Shown here in pieces: positions 22,960 through 32,681 of a DNA stretch of 64,000 nt. The DNA comes from an uncultured Clostridia bacterium (GTDB taxonomy: Bacteria; Bacillota; Clostridia; Christensenellales; CAG-917). The first letter of the stretch is position 1. Each line of letters starts with the position of its first letter. Below the pieces are notes generated by a model. The model ran no database searches and was not told the DNA's origin. It saw only the letters and a program-made list of their open reading frames with translations. The translations under genes and the position numbers were made by a program. The stretch covers positions 88,504 to 152,503 of the forward strand of contig CALVKR010000004.1 in assembly GCA_944332995.1 (NCBI GenBank). The letters are read 5' to 3'.

Positions 22960-25167
22960 TTAGTCTTCGTAAATCTTTTGGATGACCTTATCGAATTTTT
23001 CGACGGAATATTTCTTTTGGTTTATAAATTCGTTTGTGATGCTGTTGTATTCTTTAGTCTGTTTAGAGCTAAGCAGGCTTTCCTCAATTAAATCGTTGAC
23101 GGTAACTCCGCCCTCCTCGTTAAAGGTGATGATATAATCTAAAGGAAGCTGTCCTTCCGTTTCCCACGACGAGGTGGAATACTTGGCGTAGCTTGTCGTA
23201 TCGTAAGGAACGTAAGTGGTGAAGATAATAAATATTCCGGCATAAGGGCTTGTGGAAGTGCTCTTTTCGTCTATGAAGTTTTCACCGACGACGTGTCCGT
23301 AGCTTGCGGTGCCTTGGCTGATTAAATCTCTTGCGAGCTCCTCAAACTCGGAAATATATCCCGACGCTCCTGCCGACTCGGGTTTGACGAGATAGCCAAG
23401 CCCGTTGTTGTTGCTGTCGCTCGAGGTTGCGCCCGTGTCGTCGCCCACAAGATACAGCCATGCTTTGGCGAGCTGTTGTTTCCAATAAATGCCCTGCGCT
23501 ACGGTGAGCTGACCGCCCGTGACGTAGGAATCAACCTGCGCCATGGTGTTTGCAAACTGCTCGACAACGCCTATCTTTGTGCCCTGAGTAAATGCGGGCC
23601 ATTCGGTGAGCATATAAGCCATAGTGGCGCACTCGGTGATATTATATTTAATTTCCGCCTTGCCGTCCGTCACGACAAACTCAATCATTTTGTTGTATTG
23701 TTCTTCGGTGTTCTCGTCCGTCTGGTTGCAACTGTGATACGGGCAAGTCATCGGGTCGCAGTTTTCCTCTTTACATTCGCCCTGATTTTCGCACTCGGCT
23801 TCGGGGTCATAGAAAGGATTGCTTATCAAAACCATATGGCTTTGCGCAAGTGCGTCTCTGACGTCCTTTATCTGTTCCACCGTAGAGTTTCCGGCGGATA
23901 CGAGGTCGGTGAGCTGTTTGAGCTCGTCGGCGTTGAACTTAAGCAAAATGTTGGTGACGAATCCGTAGCGGTCGTTGGCGTCGGTGTAACTGTGATAGAG
24001 AGTGTTTGTAAGCGACGACTTGAGCGACGTTTCGTATGCGCCCGAAAGAGTGAAGTTTTCTTTGTTTTGCGCTATAAGGCTTTCGTATTCCTTTTGGACG
24101 TCGTCTGCCGATACCGACTGAGTGTCGTTTATCGCTCTTTGGAATTTCTCTAAAAGCACCGTTTCCATTTGTTGAGTGAGGAAATAATTGTAATCACGGT
24201 AGCTCTTTTTAAGCGTGGAGCGAAGCTCGTCAAGACCGTCTTGTAACTTTGCAAAATATTTTTCGCTGTCGTAGTCGAGGTCGTCAAAGTTGAGGTAGCT
24301 GTTTTCGGGGTTCAGATATTCGTCCGAGAAGAAGTAAGGCAGTCTTTCGACGGTGACGCCCACTTGCGGATCGAATTCCTCTTCCTCTTCCTCAGCCTCG
24401 GGCATAACAGTCCTCGGAGCGGTGTATTCGTACCACTTGGCAGTCAAGGTTATCTCACCCGTGACAGGCGTTTCAAAGTCGTAAAGCTCGCCGTTTAAAA
24501 ACCAGCCGGCAAATTGATAGCCGTCCTTTGTGGGATTTTCCGGCTTTTCGGCATAAAGACCGTCCTGCACTCTTTGAGTGGATACGGCGCTGCCGCCGTC
24601 GGAATCGAACCTGACTTTAAAAATTTCGTCGCTGTTTGCGGTAGGCTTTTTGGAAGGAGTGGAAGTGGCGTTGTTAGCCTCTTCGTCGGAGATGAGCTCG
24701 GTGATGACCGATTTAAGCGACTCGAGCATATCGTCGTTGGTGAGCTCAATCGCCCTGTTTATCTCGGCGTCCGTCAAAAGCGACTCTACTTTCACGTTTT
24801 CCGGCAGAGAAGTAGTGTTGACGTTTTCGATTTTGTTTGTTATAAGATACGCCTTGGCAAACATTATGAGCGCACGTCTTTGCACCAAAGAATCGAGGAG
24901 TGTGTTGCAAGCCTCTTGCGCCGACATTCCGTAATAGTTCATATACACATATCCGTACGAATTGTAGGAAGCCTGAAGGTCTCCTTTTAAAATACTCGCA
25001 CTCTGCGTCGACGACTGACCGTTTACCGACGTGGTATATTTAACCGTCGCCACGATTTGGTTGAAATCTCGCTCCTCGTTCAGTTTGAATATTTCATCGC
25101 ACGCCGTAAAAACGAAAGCGAACATGCAAATAACCAAAATCAGAGCTATAAGCCTTACCTTTTTCAT
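22960..25167 (-). CDS. lipoprotein, PrsA/SurA-like position, with an InlB-B-repeat (Flg_new) insert and a Cys-rich insert
   Basis: The signal peptide and lipobox are LILVICMFAFVFTAC. KVRFDSDGGSAVSTQRVQDGLYAEKPENPTKDGYQFAGWFLNGELYDF is a Listeria-Bacteroides repeat. There is also an ECENQGECKEENCDPMTCPYHSC cluster. The C-terminal GLGYLVKPES..YISEFEELARDL..YAGIFIIF looks like a degenerate parvulin domain. Confidence 0.7.
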   Translation of the reverse strand: MKKVRLIALILVICMFAFVFTACDEIFKLNEERDFNQIVATVKYTTSVNGQSSTQSASILKGDLQASYNSYGYVYMNYYGMSAQEACNTLLDSLVQRRALIMFAKAYLITNKIENVNTTSLPENVKVESLLTDAEINRAIELTNDDMLESLKSVITELISDEEANNATSTPSKKPTANSDEIFKVRFDSDGGSAVSTQRVQDGLYAEKPENPTKDGYQFAGWFLNGELYDFETPVTGEITLTAKWYEYTAPRTVMPEAEEEEEEFDPQVGVTVERLPYFFSDEYLNPENSYLNFDDLDYDSEKYFAKLQDGLDELRSTLKKSYRDYNYFLTQQMETVLLEKFQRAINDTQSVSADDVQKEYESLIAQNKENFTLSGAYETSLKSSLTNTLYHSYTDANDRYGFVTNILLKFNADELKQLTDLVSAGNSTVEQIKDVRDALAQSHMVLISNPFYDPEAECENQGECKEENCDPMTCPYHSCNQTDENTEEQYNKMIEFVVTDGKAEIKYNITECATMAYMLTEWPAFTQGTKIGVVEQFANTMAQVDSYVTGGQLTVAQGIYWKQQLAKAWLYLVGDDTGATSSDSNNNGLGYLVKPESAGASGYISEFEELARDLISQGTASYGHVVGENFIDEKSTSTSPYAGIFIIFTTYVPYDTTSYAKYSTSSWETEGQLPLDYIITFNEEGGVTVNDLIEESLLSSKQTKEYNSITNEFINQKKYSVEKFDKVIQKIYED

Positions 25168-25243
25168 CTAAATCTCCATTGTAGTTAATAAACATAGTTA
25201 TTATACATAAATAAGCGATAAATTGCAACAAATTATCGCCTGT

Positions 25244-28200
25244 TTAATCACATTGAACAAGGAAGTTTGCTATCGTCTCGAGCTTGTCTTCGGGGCTTAA
25301 GTTCTTTACGTCGAATATGAGCGCAGGCGGTATCGTGGTAGTCAAAACTACTTTGTCTTTGTTTTCGGATACCGCTTTCAATATCCGCTCGTCTTTAAAA
25401 ACTTCCGCATCGGCAAAGTTGATTCCCGCCCCCTGTTTTGTTACTATGACGCTTTTGACCCCCATTCCCTTGACAAGGTTTTTTATGAGGGCTATATTCA
25501 TAAGATTTTTAAGTCCTATCGGCACGGCTCCGTAGCTTTCCGAAAACTCGGCGGCGAGCGCCTCTTTTTCTTTGGGTCCGCACAGCGATGATATGCGCTT
25601 ATACATTTTGATTTTATCCCTCGCCGAAACGTAATCGGAGGGAATATAAGTCGTTGCCGCAATTTTAAACTCGACGTTTTCCTCTTTTGCCGTCTCGCCC
25701 GTCTTTAATTCCTTTATCGCTTCTTCGAGAATCTCTATATACATTTCATAGCCCACTCTCTCGATATGGCCGTGCTGTTCTGCGCCCAAAATACTGCCTG
25801 CTCCTCTTATGGAAAGGTCCGCAAGCGATATCTTAAATCCGCTTCCGATATCGGTGTTTTCCAAAAGGGCGTCGAAACGCTTTTGCGCCGTCTCCGAAAA
25901 AGACACGGCGGGAGGTATGGTGAAATACGCTTTGGCAAGCGCTCCTCGCCTGCCCACTCTGCCCCTTAGCTGATACAGCTGACTTAGTCCGAAGTTTTGC
26001 GAATCTATGACTATGAGCGTGTTGGCGTCGGGAAGGTCGATGCCGTTTTCGATTATCGTCGTGGCGACAAGCACGTCGTATTGCTTTTCGTAAAAAGCCT
26101 CTATTGCGTTTTCAAGCTCCCTCGGGTGCATCTGACCGTGGGCGTATCTTATCTTTATATCTCCGCCGACTATCGACGCCACCTTGGCTGTGAAATCGGC
26201 TATCGTTTCCACCTTGTTATACAAAATAAAAACCTGACCGCCCCTTGAGTGCTCACGCTCCACTGCGTCCTTTATTAGGGCGTCGGAATATTCCATGACG
26301 CTCGTCTCCACGGGAAGCCTGCCCTGAGGCGGCGTTTCGAGAAGGGATATATCCCTCACTCCCGACAGCGACATATTGAGCGTTCTCGGAATGGGCGTGG
26401 CAGATAGAGTGAGCGTGTTGACGCTCGGGTTGCGCTCTTTGAGCGTCTCTTTGTGCTCCACGCCGAAGCGCTGTTCCTCGTCGAGCACCAAAAGTCCTAA
26501 GTCGCAAAACTGAACTTCTTTGGAAAGTATCCTGTGCGACGCCACCACTATCGATATCTCGCCGCTTTTCAAGCCCTTTAAAATTTCCGCTCTTTCCGAC
26601 GCCGTCTGAAAACGGGTAAGAAGTTTTGCGTTTACGTTAAATCCCTCGAGCCTTTTTGACAGAGTGTCATAGTGCTGTTTGCAAAGTATCGTCGTCGGTG
26701 CGATAAGGCAAGCCTGCTTGCCCTCCATTGCCGTTTTAAACATTATCCTGAGCGCCACTTCCGTCTTGCCGAAGCCGACGTCGCCGCAGATAAGACGGTC
26801 GATGACCTTGCCGCTTTCCATTTCCTTTTTTATATCGGCAATAGCCCTCAATTGGTCGTCCGTTTCCTCGTATTCGAAAGCGTCTTCAAACCGCCTCTGA
26901 TTTTCGCCGTCGGGCGCATATTTGTGTCCTTTTATCTTTTCCCTCTCGGCGTATAGCGCCAAAAGGTTTATGGCGAGCTTTTTGACGGATTTTTTTACCT
27001 TTTCCTTTTCCCGTCTGAAATCCTTTCCGCCTAGTTTGTTGAGCGGCGGATTGGTTTCGCCTATAAACTTTGTGACGCAGTCCATCTGGTCGATGGCTAC
27101 GTAAAGATGGTCACCGCCCTCGTATCTTATGGACAGATATTCCTTTTTATATTCGCCGGCGTCGAAAACGGCGGTTCCCTCGCATATGCCTACGCCGTGC
27201 AGAGAGTGAACGACAAAATCTCCCTCTTTGGGCGGCTCGAAACCTTTTCCTTTTTTGACAGCGCCTGCCGCTCTGCCTTTGCCTAAAATATCGTCGCTTC
27301 CCACAAACAGAAGTTTGTCGGAAAAGCACAAAAAGCCCTGCGCCACATCGTAAGGCAAAATCGTAGTCTTGCCACGGACAGGTTCGGAATCGAATATCGG
27401 GGATATGCCCTCGTCGAGCAAACTCTTTTCTATCGCCCTGCCCCTCGTCTTGTCACGGGACATTATGACTATTTTAAAATCTTCCCTTTGATAATCTCTT
27501 ATATCCCTTAAAAGCGCATTAAAATCATAGCAATATTTTGTGCACGCCTTTAAGCCGAGTTTTAAAACTTTATCGGGAGAAAACATCGGATTGGACATGG
27601 TTAGCGACGAAACGGAAATCTGTTTTCTCTCGCCAAGTTTCTTTATCGCTTCGTCCGCTCCGTCCTTTGCTTTTTTATGACGGAAGGTCACCATTGTCGA
27701 CATCTGCAAAGTCTTAAATCGATTTAGAAACTCTTTTTCCACAAGCGAGAGCTTTTCCGCTACCACCTTGGGTTCGTCTATAATCACGGTCAAGTCAAGC
27801 TCGGTTAGCGACGTCGTTTCAAAATACGGCAAAAGATAGGAATATTTGCCCGACAGTGCGCCCGATTTTAAACCGCCTATAAGCTCGGATAAAATTTCCC
27901 TCACTTTGCCCGTTGCCGTTTTGTTTACTTCCAAAACGTCTTTTAGCGCACCGCTCGTGCATATGACGTCGGATGTAGGCGGTATCCAAAAGCGTTTTAA
28001 GCTCTTTATTTTCGAGCCGTCTGCGACGTTGAAGGTATGCACCGATTCTATCTCGTTGTCGAAAAAACTTATCCTGACGGGGTTTTCCTCGTCTGCCGCA
28101 AACACGTCCACTATATCGCCCCTGACGGAAAAATCGCCCGCCTCGTAAACCTGCTCCGTCCTTTTGTATCCCATCTCGGAAAGTTTTTCGGAAAGCAACG

Positions 28201-28621
28201 CCAAATTGAAAGTTTTACCCTCCTCGGCGCATAAGGTATAGTCGCTTATGACGTCGAGCGAGGTTATCCTCTCTAAAAGATTTTCCGCCGAACAGCAGAT
28301 AACGTCAAAATCCCGCCTCGCTATTTTGGAAAGCGCAGAGGCTCTTGCCATATCCGTGGCAGACGAATAACTTTTGCGGTATAACAAAACGTCCTCCCTT
28401 GCAGGAAAGACTAAAGCGTCTACGCCGTAAGATTTAAGCTCGGAAGCGTATTTTTTTGCGAGCAGTAAATCGGAAGCGACAAAAAGTTTTTTGCCCGGGA
28501 CGCTTGCCGCTATATGAATCTTTGCGCCTTCGCATACGGAATATAAAGACGTTTTTTTATATCCCGAAACGGCGTCGTGTAACTGCGGAAAATTTTCAAG
28601 TGCCAAAAAAGGAAATTTCAT
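25244..28621 (-). CDS. mfd: transcription-repair coupling factor
   Basis: 1125 aa. GDVGFGKTEVALR, LVLDEEQRFGV, TATPIPRTL and GRVGR are helicase motifs. There is a UvrB-homology N-terminus and a CarD-like segment (GDFVVHSLHGVG). Confidence 0.95.
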   Translation of the reverse strand: MKFPFLALENFPQLHDAVSGYKKTSLYSVCEGAKIHIAASVPGKKLFVASDLLLAKKYASELKSYGVDALVFPAREDVLLYRKSYSSATDMARASALSKIARRDFDVICCSAENLLERITSLDVISDYTLCAEEGKTFNLALLSEKLSEMGYKRTEQVYEAGDFSVRGDIVDVFAADEENPVRISFFDNEIESVHTFNVADGSKIKSLKRFWIPPTSDVICTSGALKDVLEVNKTATGKVREILSELIGGLKSGALSGKYSYLLPYFETTSLTELDLTVIIDEPKVVAEKLSLVEKEFLNRFKTLQMSTMVTFRHKKAKDGADEAIKKLGERKQISVSSLTMSNPMFSPDKVLKLGLKACTKYCYDFNALLRDIRDYQREDFKIVIMSRDKTRGRAIEKSLLDEGISPIFDSEPVRGKTTILPYDVAQGFLCFSDKLLFVGSDDILGKGRAAGAVKKGKGFEPPKEGDFVVHSLHGVGICEGTAVFDAGEYKKEYLSIRYEGGDHLYVAIDQMDCVTKFIGETNPPLNKLGGKDFRREKEKVKKSVKKLAINLLALYAEREKIKGHKYAPDGENQRRFEDAFEYEETDDQLRAIADIKKEMESGKVIDRLICGDVGFGKTEVALRIMFKTAMEGKQACLIAPTTILCKQHYDTLSKRLEGFNVNAKLLTRFQTASERAEILKGLKSGEISIVVASHRILSKEVQFCDLGLLVLDEEQRFGVEHKETLKERNPSVNTLTLSATPIPRTLNMSLSGVRDISLLETPPQGRLPVETSVMEYSDALIKDAVEREHSRGGQVFILYNKVETIADFTAKVASIVGGDIKIRYAHGQMHPRELENAIEAFYEKQYDVLVATTIIENGIDLPDANTLIVIDSQNFGLSQLYQLRGRVGRRGALAKAYFTIPPAVSFSETAQKRFDALLENTDIGSGFKISLADLSIRGAGSILGAEQHGHIERVGYEMYIEILEEAIKELKTGETAKEENVEFKIAATTYIPSDYVSARDKIKMYKRISSLCGPKEKEALAAEFSESYGAVPIGLKNLMNIALIKNLVKGMGVKSVIVTKQGAGINFADAEVFKDERILKAVSENKDKVVLTTTIPPALIFDVKNLSPEDKLETIANFLVQCD

Positions 28622-29196
28622 CCTTTGTTTATCTCCTGCATCAAAGCGTCGAAAGTGAGTTTCCCTGCGATATAGTCAAAAAGTTTATCCGCCGCCTTTT
28701 GTATTGCCTCGTTTATCTTTTCTCTGTCGGTATAGGATATATCGGACAGCACCTTTTCGATTATCGGCACGCTCTTGTCCTTAAGTTCGGCACAGCCGAA
28801 ACCTATCCTGAGCCTCGGAAAGTTTTCGGAATTTATCTCTTTTATAATGCTCCTCATTCCGTTGTGCGTTCCCGCCGAGCCTTCCTTTCTCAGCCTCAGT
28901 TTGCCGACGGGGATATCTGCGTCGTCGTAAACGACAATTAAATCCTCACTATAAGCGCCGTATTTTCTCAAAAGCTCCTTGACCGCCTCGCCCGACAGAT
29001 TCATAAAAGTCTGCGGCTTGGCTATCACCACGTCGTCGCCGTCTATTCTCTTTACGGCGGTGAGCGATTTGCATTCGCTTGTCTTTATCTTCATTTTGAG
29101 TTTTTCGGCAAGTGCGTCCGCCGTCATAAATCCGAGATTGTGATAGTTGTTTCGGTATTTCGGCGTCGGGTTGCCGAGCCCCACGATGATTTTCAT
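28618..29196 (-). CDS. pth: peptidyl-tRNA hydrolase
   Basis: MKIIVGLGNPTPKYRNNYHNLGF..GTHNGMRSI. It overlaps the mfd start by 4 nt. Confidence 0.95.
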   Translation of the reverse strand: MKIIVGLGNPTPKYRNNYHNLGFMTADALAEKLKMKIKTSECKSLTAVKRIDGDDVVIAKPQTFMNLSGEAVKELLRKYGAYSEDLIVVYDDADIPVGKLRLRKEGSAGTHNGMRSIIKEINSENFPRLRIGFGCAELKDKSVPIIEKVLSDISYTDREKINEAIQKAADKLFDYIAGKLTFDALMQEINKG

Positions 29197-29348
29197 TTTT
29201 ATCCTCTTTTAAACGCCCGAGGCGTTTGATTTTTCCGAATTGATTTTATATTCTTTTGCCGTGTTTTTATCTTTATGTTTCCTTCCCTTTTAAAGCCGTT
29301 GCATTTAAAATGTTTTTATACCTGCATAACCTATTAAGCGTTGTCTGC

Positions 29349-29822
29349 CTATGATTTTTTCGGCTTAATCTTTTCCGCCCTCTTTTCGGCGAAAAAATTG
29401 CTGAGCAAACGGGCGCACTCATCCTGCATATATCCGCCTGAGTATTCTACATTGTGATTAAATTTGCCCTTTTCAAAAATGTTTATCTTAGAGCCGCAGC
29501 CGCCTGCCTTGACGTCGTATGCGCCGAAGTACACCGCCTTGACTCTCGAAAGCAAAAAAGCGTAGGCGCACATCGGGCAGGGTTCCAGCGTGACGTAGGC
29601 TTCCGCTCCTTCCAGCCACCAATTGCCCGTCTTTTTTGATGCCAGCTCCAAAGCGACGATTTCGGCGTGCCTTGTGGCGGACATATCCCTCTCTTTGCGG
29701 TTGCCCGACTCGCCGATTATCTCGCCGTTCAAAACGATAACCGCCCCGACAGGCACTTCGTCACTTGACGCCGCATCAAAAGCAAGCTGCATCGCCCTTT
29801 TCATAAACTTTTCGTCATACAT
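29349..29822 (-). CDS. tadA: tRNA adenosine(34) deaminase
   Basis: HAEIVALE and PCPMCAYA are the CDA zinc motifs. 157 aa. Confidence 0.9.
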   Translation of the reverse strand: MYDEKFMKRAMQLAFDAASSDEVPVGAVIVLNGEIIGESGNRKERDMSATRHAEIVALELASKKTGNWWLEGAEAYVTLEPCPMCAYAFLLSRVKAVYFGAYDVKAGGCGSKINIFEKGKFNHNVEYSGGYMQDECARLLSNFFAEKRAEKIKPKKS

Positions 29823-30597
29823 TGAGTATTTGCCTTATCCCCATATTTTTTTTGACTATACTATCCTTATGCTCCAGACCTATCGGGTGAGTGAGGCCGT
29901 CGCTTCCCAGCTCGACGGTAAGACCGACGCCCATGCCCTTATAAATGAAGTAGTCTTTCACTCCGCCCGTGCTGCCGTCCGCTCTTTTTGCCTCATATCC
30001 CGTCACCTTTGCAAGCGACAGCGCAAGTTCTTTTCCGACGTCGTTGTCGAAGCCGTAGTAAATTTCTTCGCCTTTTGAATGATAGCATATCACCAGATTT
30101 TTATCAAGCAACAGAGAGCGTATTATCCTCGTTTCGGGTTCGGAAAAGGGCGCTTTTCCTATATAGTCTGACGGCGATATATATCTTTTGTTTAATGCGC
30201 CCTCGCCCCACCGTGCGTCGAAATTGACGTTTATATCCACGGCGTTGAGGTTTGCCTTCCACATTTTTAAATCGCTTCTTTTCATGAGCGAATAGACGTC
30301 GTCCGATATTTTATCCCTTACCGTGTCGATAAAGGAAAACCCCTCGCTTGCTATCCGCACTCCGTCGGGGTTTGCCATGGGCAGAATTTCCACCCCGTCG
30401 CTCCCGTAAAACAGGTCAAGGCAGACAAAAGTCGAGATATACTCACGAGCGTGCACTCCCCCGACTATCAGGATTTTGGGCGACTTGCCGTAGACAAGCG
30501 AATATACGCTCTGCCCTGCGACGCTTAGTCCCACGCTTTTGAGGTTCGCATTTTTGTGCTTTTCAAGTTCCGTCAGATAGGTTTCGTATACCGTCAT
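29815..30597 (-). CDS. M14-family zinc carboxypeptidase (gamma-D-glutamyl-DAP peptidase-like)
   Basis: GGVHAREYIS..PMANPDGV. I set the start at MTVYETYL (ATG 30597). The GTG-initiated extension to 30708 carries a TATAAT 7 nt upstream of this ATG. The start call is uncertain. Confidence 0.7.
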   Translation of the reverse strand: MTVYETYLTELEKHKNANLKSVGLSVAGQSVYSLVYGKSPKILIVGGVHAREYISTFVCLDLFYGSDGVEILPMANPDGVRIASEGFSFIDTVRDKISDDVYSLMKRSDLKMWKANLNAVDINVNFDARWGEGALNKRYISPSDYIGKAPFSEPETRIIRSLLLDKNLVICYHSKGEEIYYGFDNDVGKELALSLAKVTGYEAKRADGSTGGVKDYFIYKGMGVGLTVELGSDGLTHPIGLEHKDSIVKKNMGIRQILNV

Positions 30598-30825
30598 AAA
30601 AAAAATTATAGCGTATTTACCGCCATTGAGCGTGACGGCTTTTTTCCGACAGCGGCGAAAAATATCAATTTGAAATAAAGCCTGTCGGCGCCGACAGCGG
30701 ATTATCACCCTTTTTATCTTTTATGCTCGCACTGTTTGAATTTAATAAAATTTTTAAGTTTAGCAAATAAAATGAACAAAAAAATCCGACAAAGAAGGAC
30801 GCTCTGTATTTACCTTTCGGATTAT

Positions 30826-30854
30826 TTGCCATTTTGGGGCGGATAGAGTATAAT
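30826..30854 (+). promoter_or_regulatory. sigma-A promoter positioned for a leaderless MBL-hydrolase transcript
   Basis: TTGCCA, 17 nt, TATAAT, then 6 nt (CGGCTT) and the ATG at 30861. No SD. Confidence 0.6.
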
Positions 30855-30860
30855 CGGCTT

Positions 30861-31619
30861 ATGGCACTGAAGATTTGTTCGCTATGTAGCGGAAGCAAGG
30901 GAAATGCGACGCTCGTCATGTCGGAAAAGACTGCGGTATTGATAGACTGCGGCATTTCGCCCACCCGTCTTAAAAGGGAGCTTGCCGATTTCAATCTTGC
31001 CGTAGGCGATTTAACCTGCGTGCTCATAACGCACGAGCACTCAGACCATATATCGGGGCTAGGCAAAATTTCCGTGCCCGTTATATCGGCAAGGCAAACG
31101 ATAACTCAGATTGCAAGGCATTTTGACGGTTTAAGATTTGTCGACACCGAAAACTTCGACCTCGGATTTGAAGTGGGCGACCTCACCGTCCAACCTTTCC
31201 GTATTCCGCACGACGCCGCCTATCCCGTGGGATATTCGATATTCAAAGACGGAATAAGGGCGGGCTTTGCCACGGATATAGGGCATATAACTCAGGGAAT
31301 TGTCAATAATTTAAAAGGCTCGTCCTTTTTGCTTTTAGAATCTAATTATGACAAAGATATGCTTATGAGCGGAAGGTATCCTGCCTTTTTGAAACAGAGG
31401 ATTGCGGCTCCAAACGGGCACCTTTCCAACGTAGAATGTGAAAGCCTGATAGAAAAGCTCATGTCGCCTGCCCTCAAATGCGTGATGATAGGTCACATAA
31501 GCGAAGAAAACAACAAACACTCGCTCGCCGTCGGCTGCGCCGAAAAAGCGCTTTTAAACACAAGCGTCACGCTGTACGATTGCTTTCAGACGGCAAAGAC
31601 GAAAACTGTCGAGGTTTAA
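30861..31619 (+). CDS. MBL-fold metallo-hydrolase (YycJ/WalJ-like)
   Basis: MALKICSLCSGSKGNATLV..LIDCG..ITHEHSDHISG. I chose the start at 30861 because the TTG extension from 30834 contains the -10 box. Confidence 0.8.
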   Translation: MALKICSLCSGSKGNATLVMSEKTAVLIDCGISPTRLKRELADFNLAVGDLTCVLITHEHSDHISGLGKISVPVISARQTITQIARHFDGLRFVDTENFDLGFEVGDLTVQPFRIPHDAAYPVGYSIFKDGIRAGFATDIGHITQGIVNNLKGSSFLLLESNYDKDMLMSGRYPAFLKQRIAAPNGHLSNVECESLIEKLMSPALKCVMIGHISEENNKHSLAVGCAEKALLNTSVTLYDCFQTAKTKTVEV

Positions 31620-32669
31620 ATGAGAGAAAAATTCAACATAGCCGAAAGCGGTTCGCTTTTTATATCCGCCCTGTTTGCCATGAGCGTGATTTCCGTTCTG
31701 CTCGGTTTTTTTTCCACGAGCATTTATTGGGGCGGCATCAGTCTTTTGAATTGGCTTGCCTATGCTTTAAATCCGCTTGCCATAATCGTCACTTTGGTGA
31801 TTTTCGCCAAAATAAGACGGGTGAATTTTCTGACGGCTTCGGGGCTTAAATCCAAAGTCAATTATAAGCAAATGCTGTTGACGCCGTTTATCACCGTAGC
31901 GTCGCTTGTCGCTTTTTTGCCGCTTGCCACAATGTTTGCCGACCTCTTGTTTTTGGCAGGATACAGCGGCGGCGTCGCCGTGCCCACTTCCGCAGAGCTC
32001 GGACCTTATTTTTTGAGCATATTCGTCATAGCCGCCATGCCTGCCATAGCCGAGGAGCTTTTGATGAGAGGTGCAGTGCTCAAAGGACTTAATGACAAAG
32101 GCGTGTTTTTCGGAGTGTTTATCTCGGCGTTTTTGTTTTCGTTTATGCATCAAAATCCGTTGCAGACGGTTTATCAATTCTGTTTCGGAGCCGTCCTCGC
32201 CACAATGGCGGTGCACTCGAATTCCACTGTGCCCACCATACTCACTCACTTTTTCAACAATTTCATATCGCTGACGATAAGCTCTTTTGCACCGACGTTT
32301 TTGTCGTTCGGCTACGGAAACTACAACTATCTCATCTACTTTGCCATGTTCATAGGCGGAATGATAGTTTTGGTGCTATTGCTTTTACTGTTTTACAAGG
32401 CAAAACACAAAAAGACTACGGATACCGTTGTCTATGAAGACATAACCTTTTTCGTGCCCGTCGAAAAGACAAGTTTTATAAAAGAATACTTCCTCGCCCT
32501 CGGCGGTATATTCACAAAATCGGGTTGGAAAAGATACCAAACGTCGCTTGAAAACTCTATAGGCTACACGCCTGCCGCTCTGCCCAAAAGCGCAGCCGTG
32601 TCCGTATATATAGCAATCGGATTTGTAACTCTGTGGTGGGTAGTCGCACTGATATACGGTTTTATTTAA
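31620..32669 (+). CDS. CPBP-family intramembrane glutamic endopeptidase
   Basis: AEELLMRG, FSFMHQN, HFFNNF. The ATG overlaps the MBL gene stop (TAAATG). Confidence 0.8.
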   Translation: MREKFNIAESGSLFISALFAMSVISVLLGFFSTSIYWGGISLLNWLAYALNPLAIIVTLVIFAKIRRVNFLTASGLKSKVNYKQMLLTPFITVASLVAFLPLATMFADLLFLAGYSGGVAVPTSAELGPYFLSIFVIAAMPAIAEELLMRGAVLKGLNDKGVFFGVFISAFLFSFMHQNPLQTVYQFCFGAVLATMAVHSNSTVPTILTHFFNNFISLTISSFAPTFLSFGYGNYNYLIYFAMFIGGMIVLVLLLLLFYKAKHKKTTDTVVYEDITFFVPVEKTSFIKEYFLALGGIFTKSGWKRYQTSLENSIGYTPAALPKSAAVSVYIAIGFVTLWWVVALIYGFI

Positions 32670-32681
32670 CGAGAGGTCAAA

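Noticed and set aside
29197-29348. Hairpin AAACGCC-CGA-GGCGTTT just upstream of the pth SD, considered as a tadA terminator.
   Set aside because: In the minus (gene) sense it has no following U-tract, because the T-run is on the plus strand, where nothing is transcribed into it. I therefore left it unannotated.
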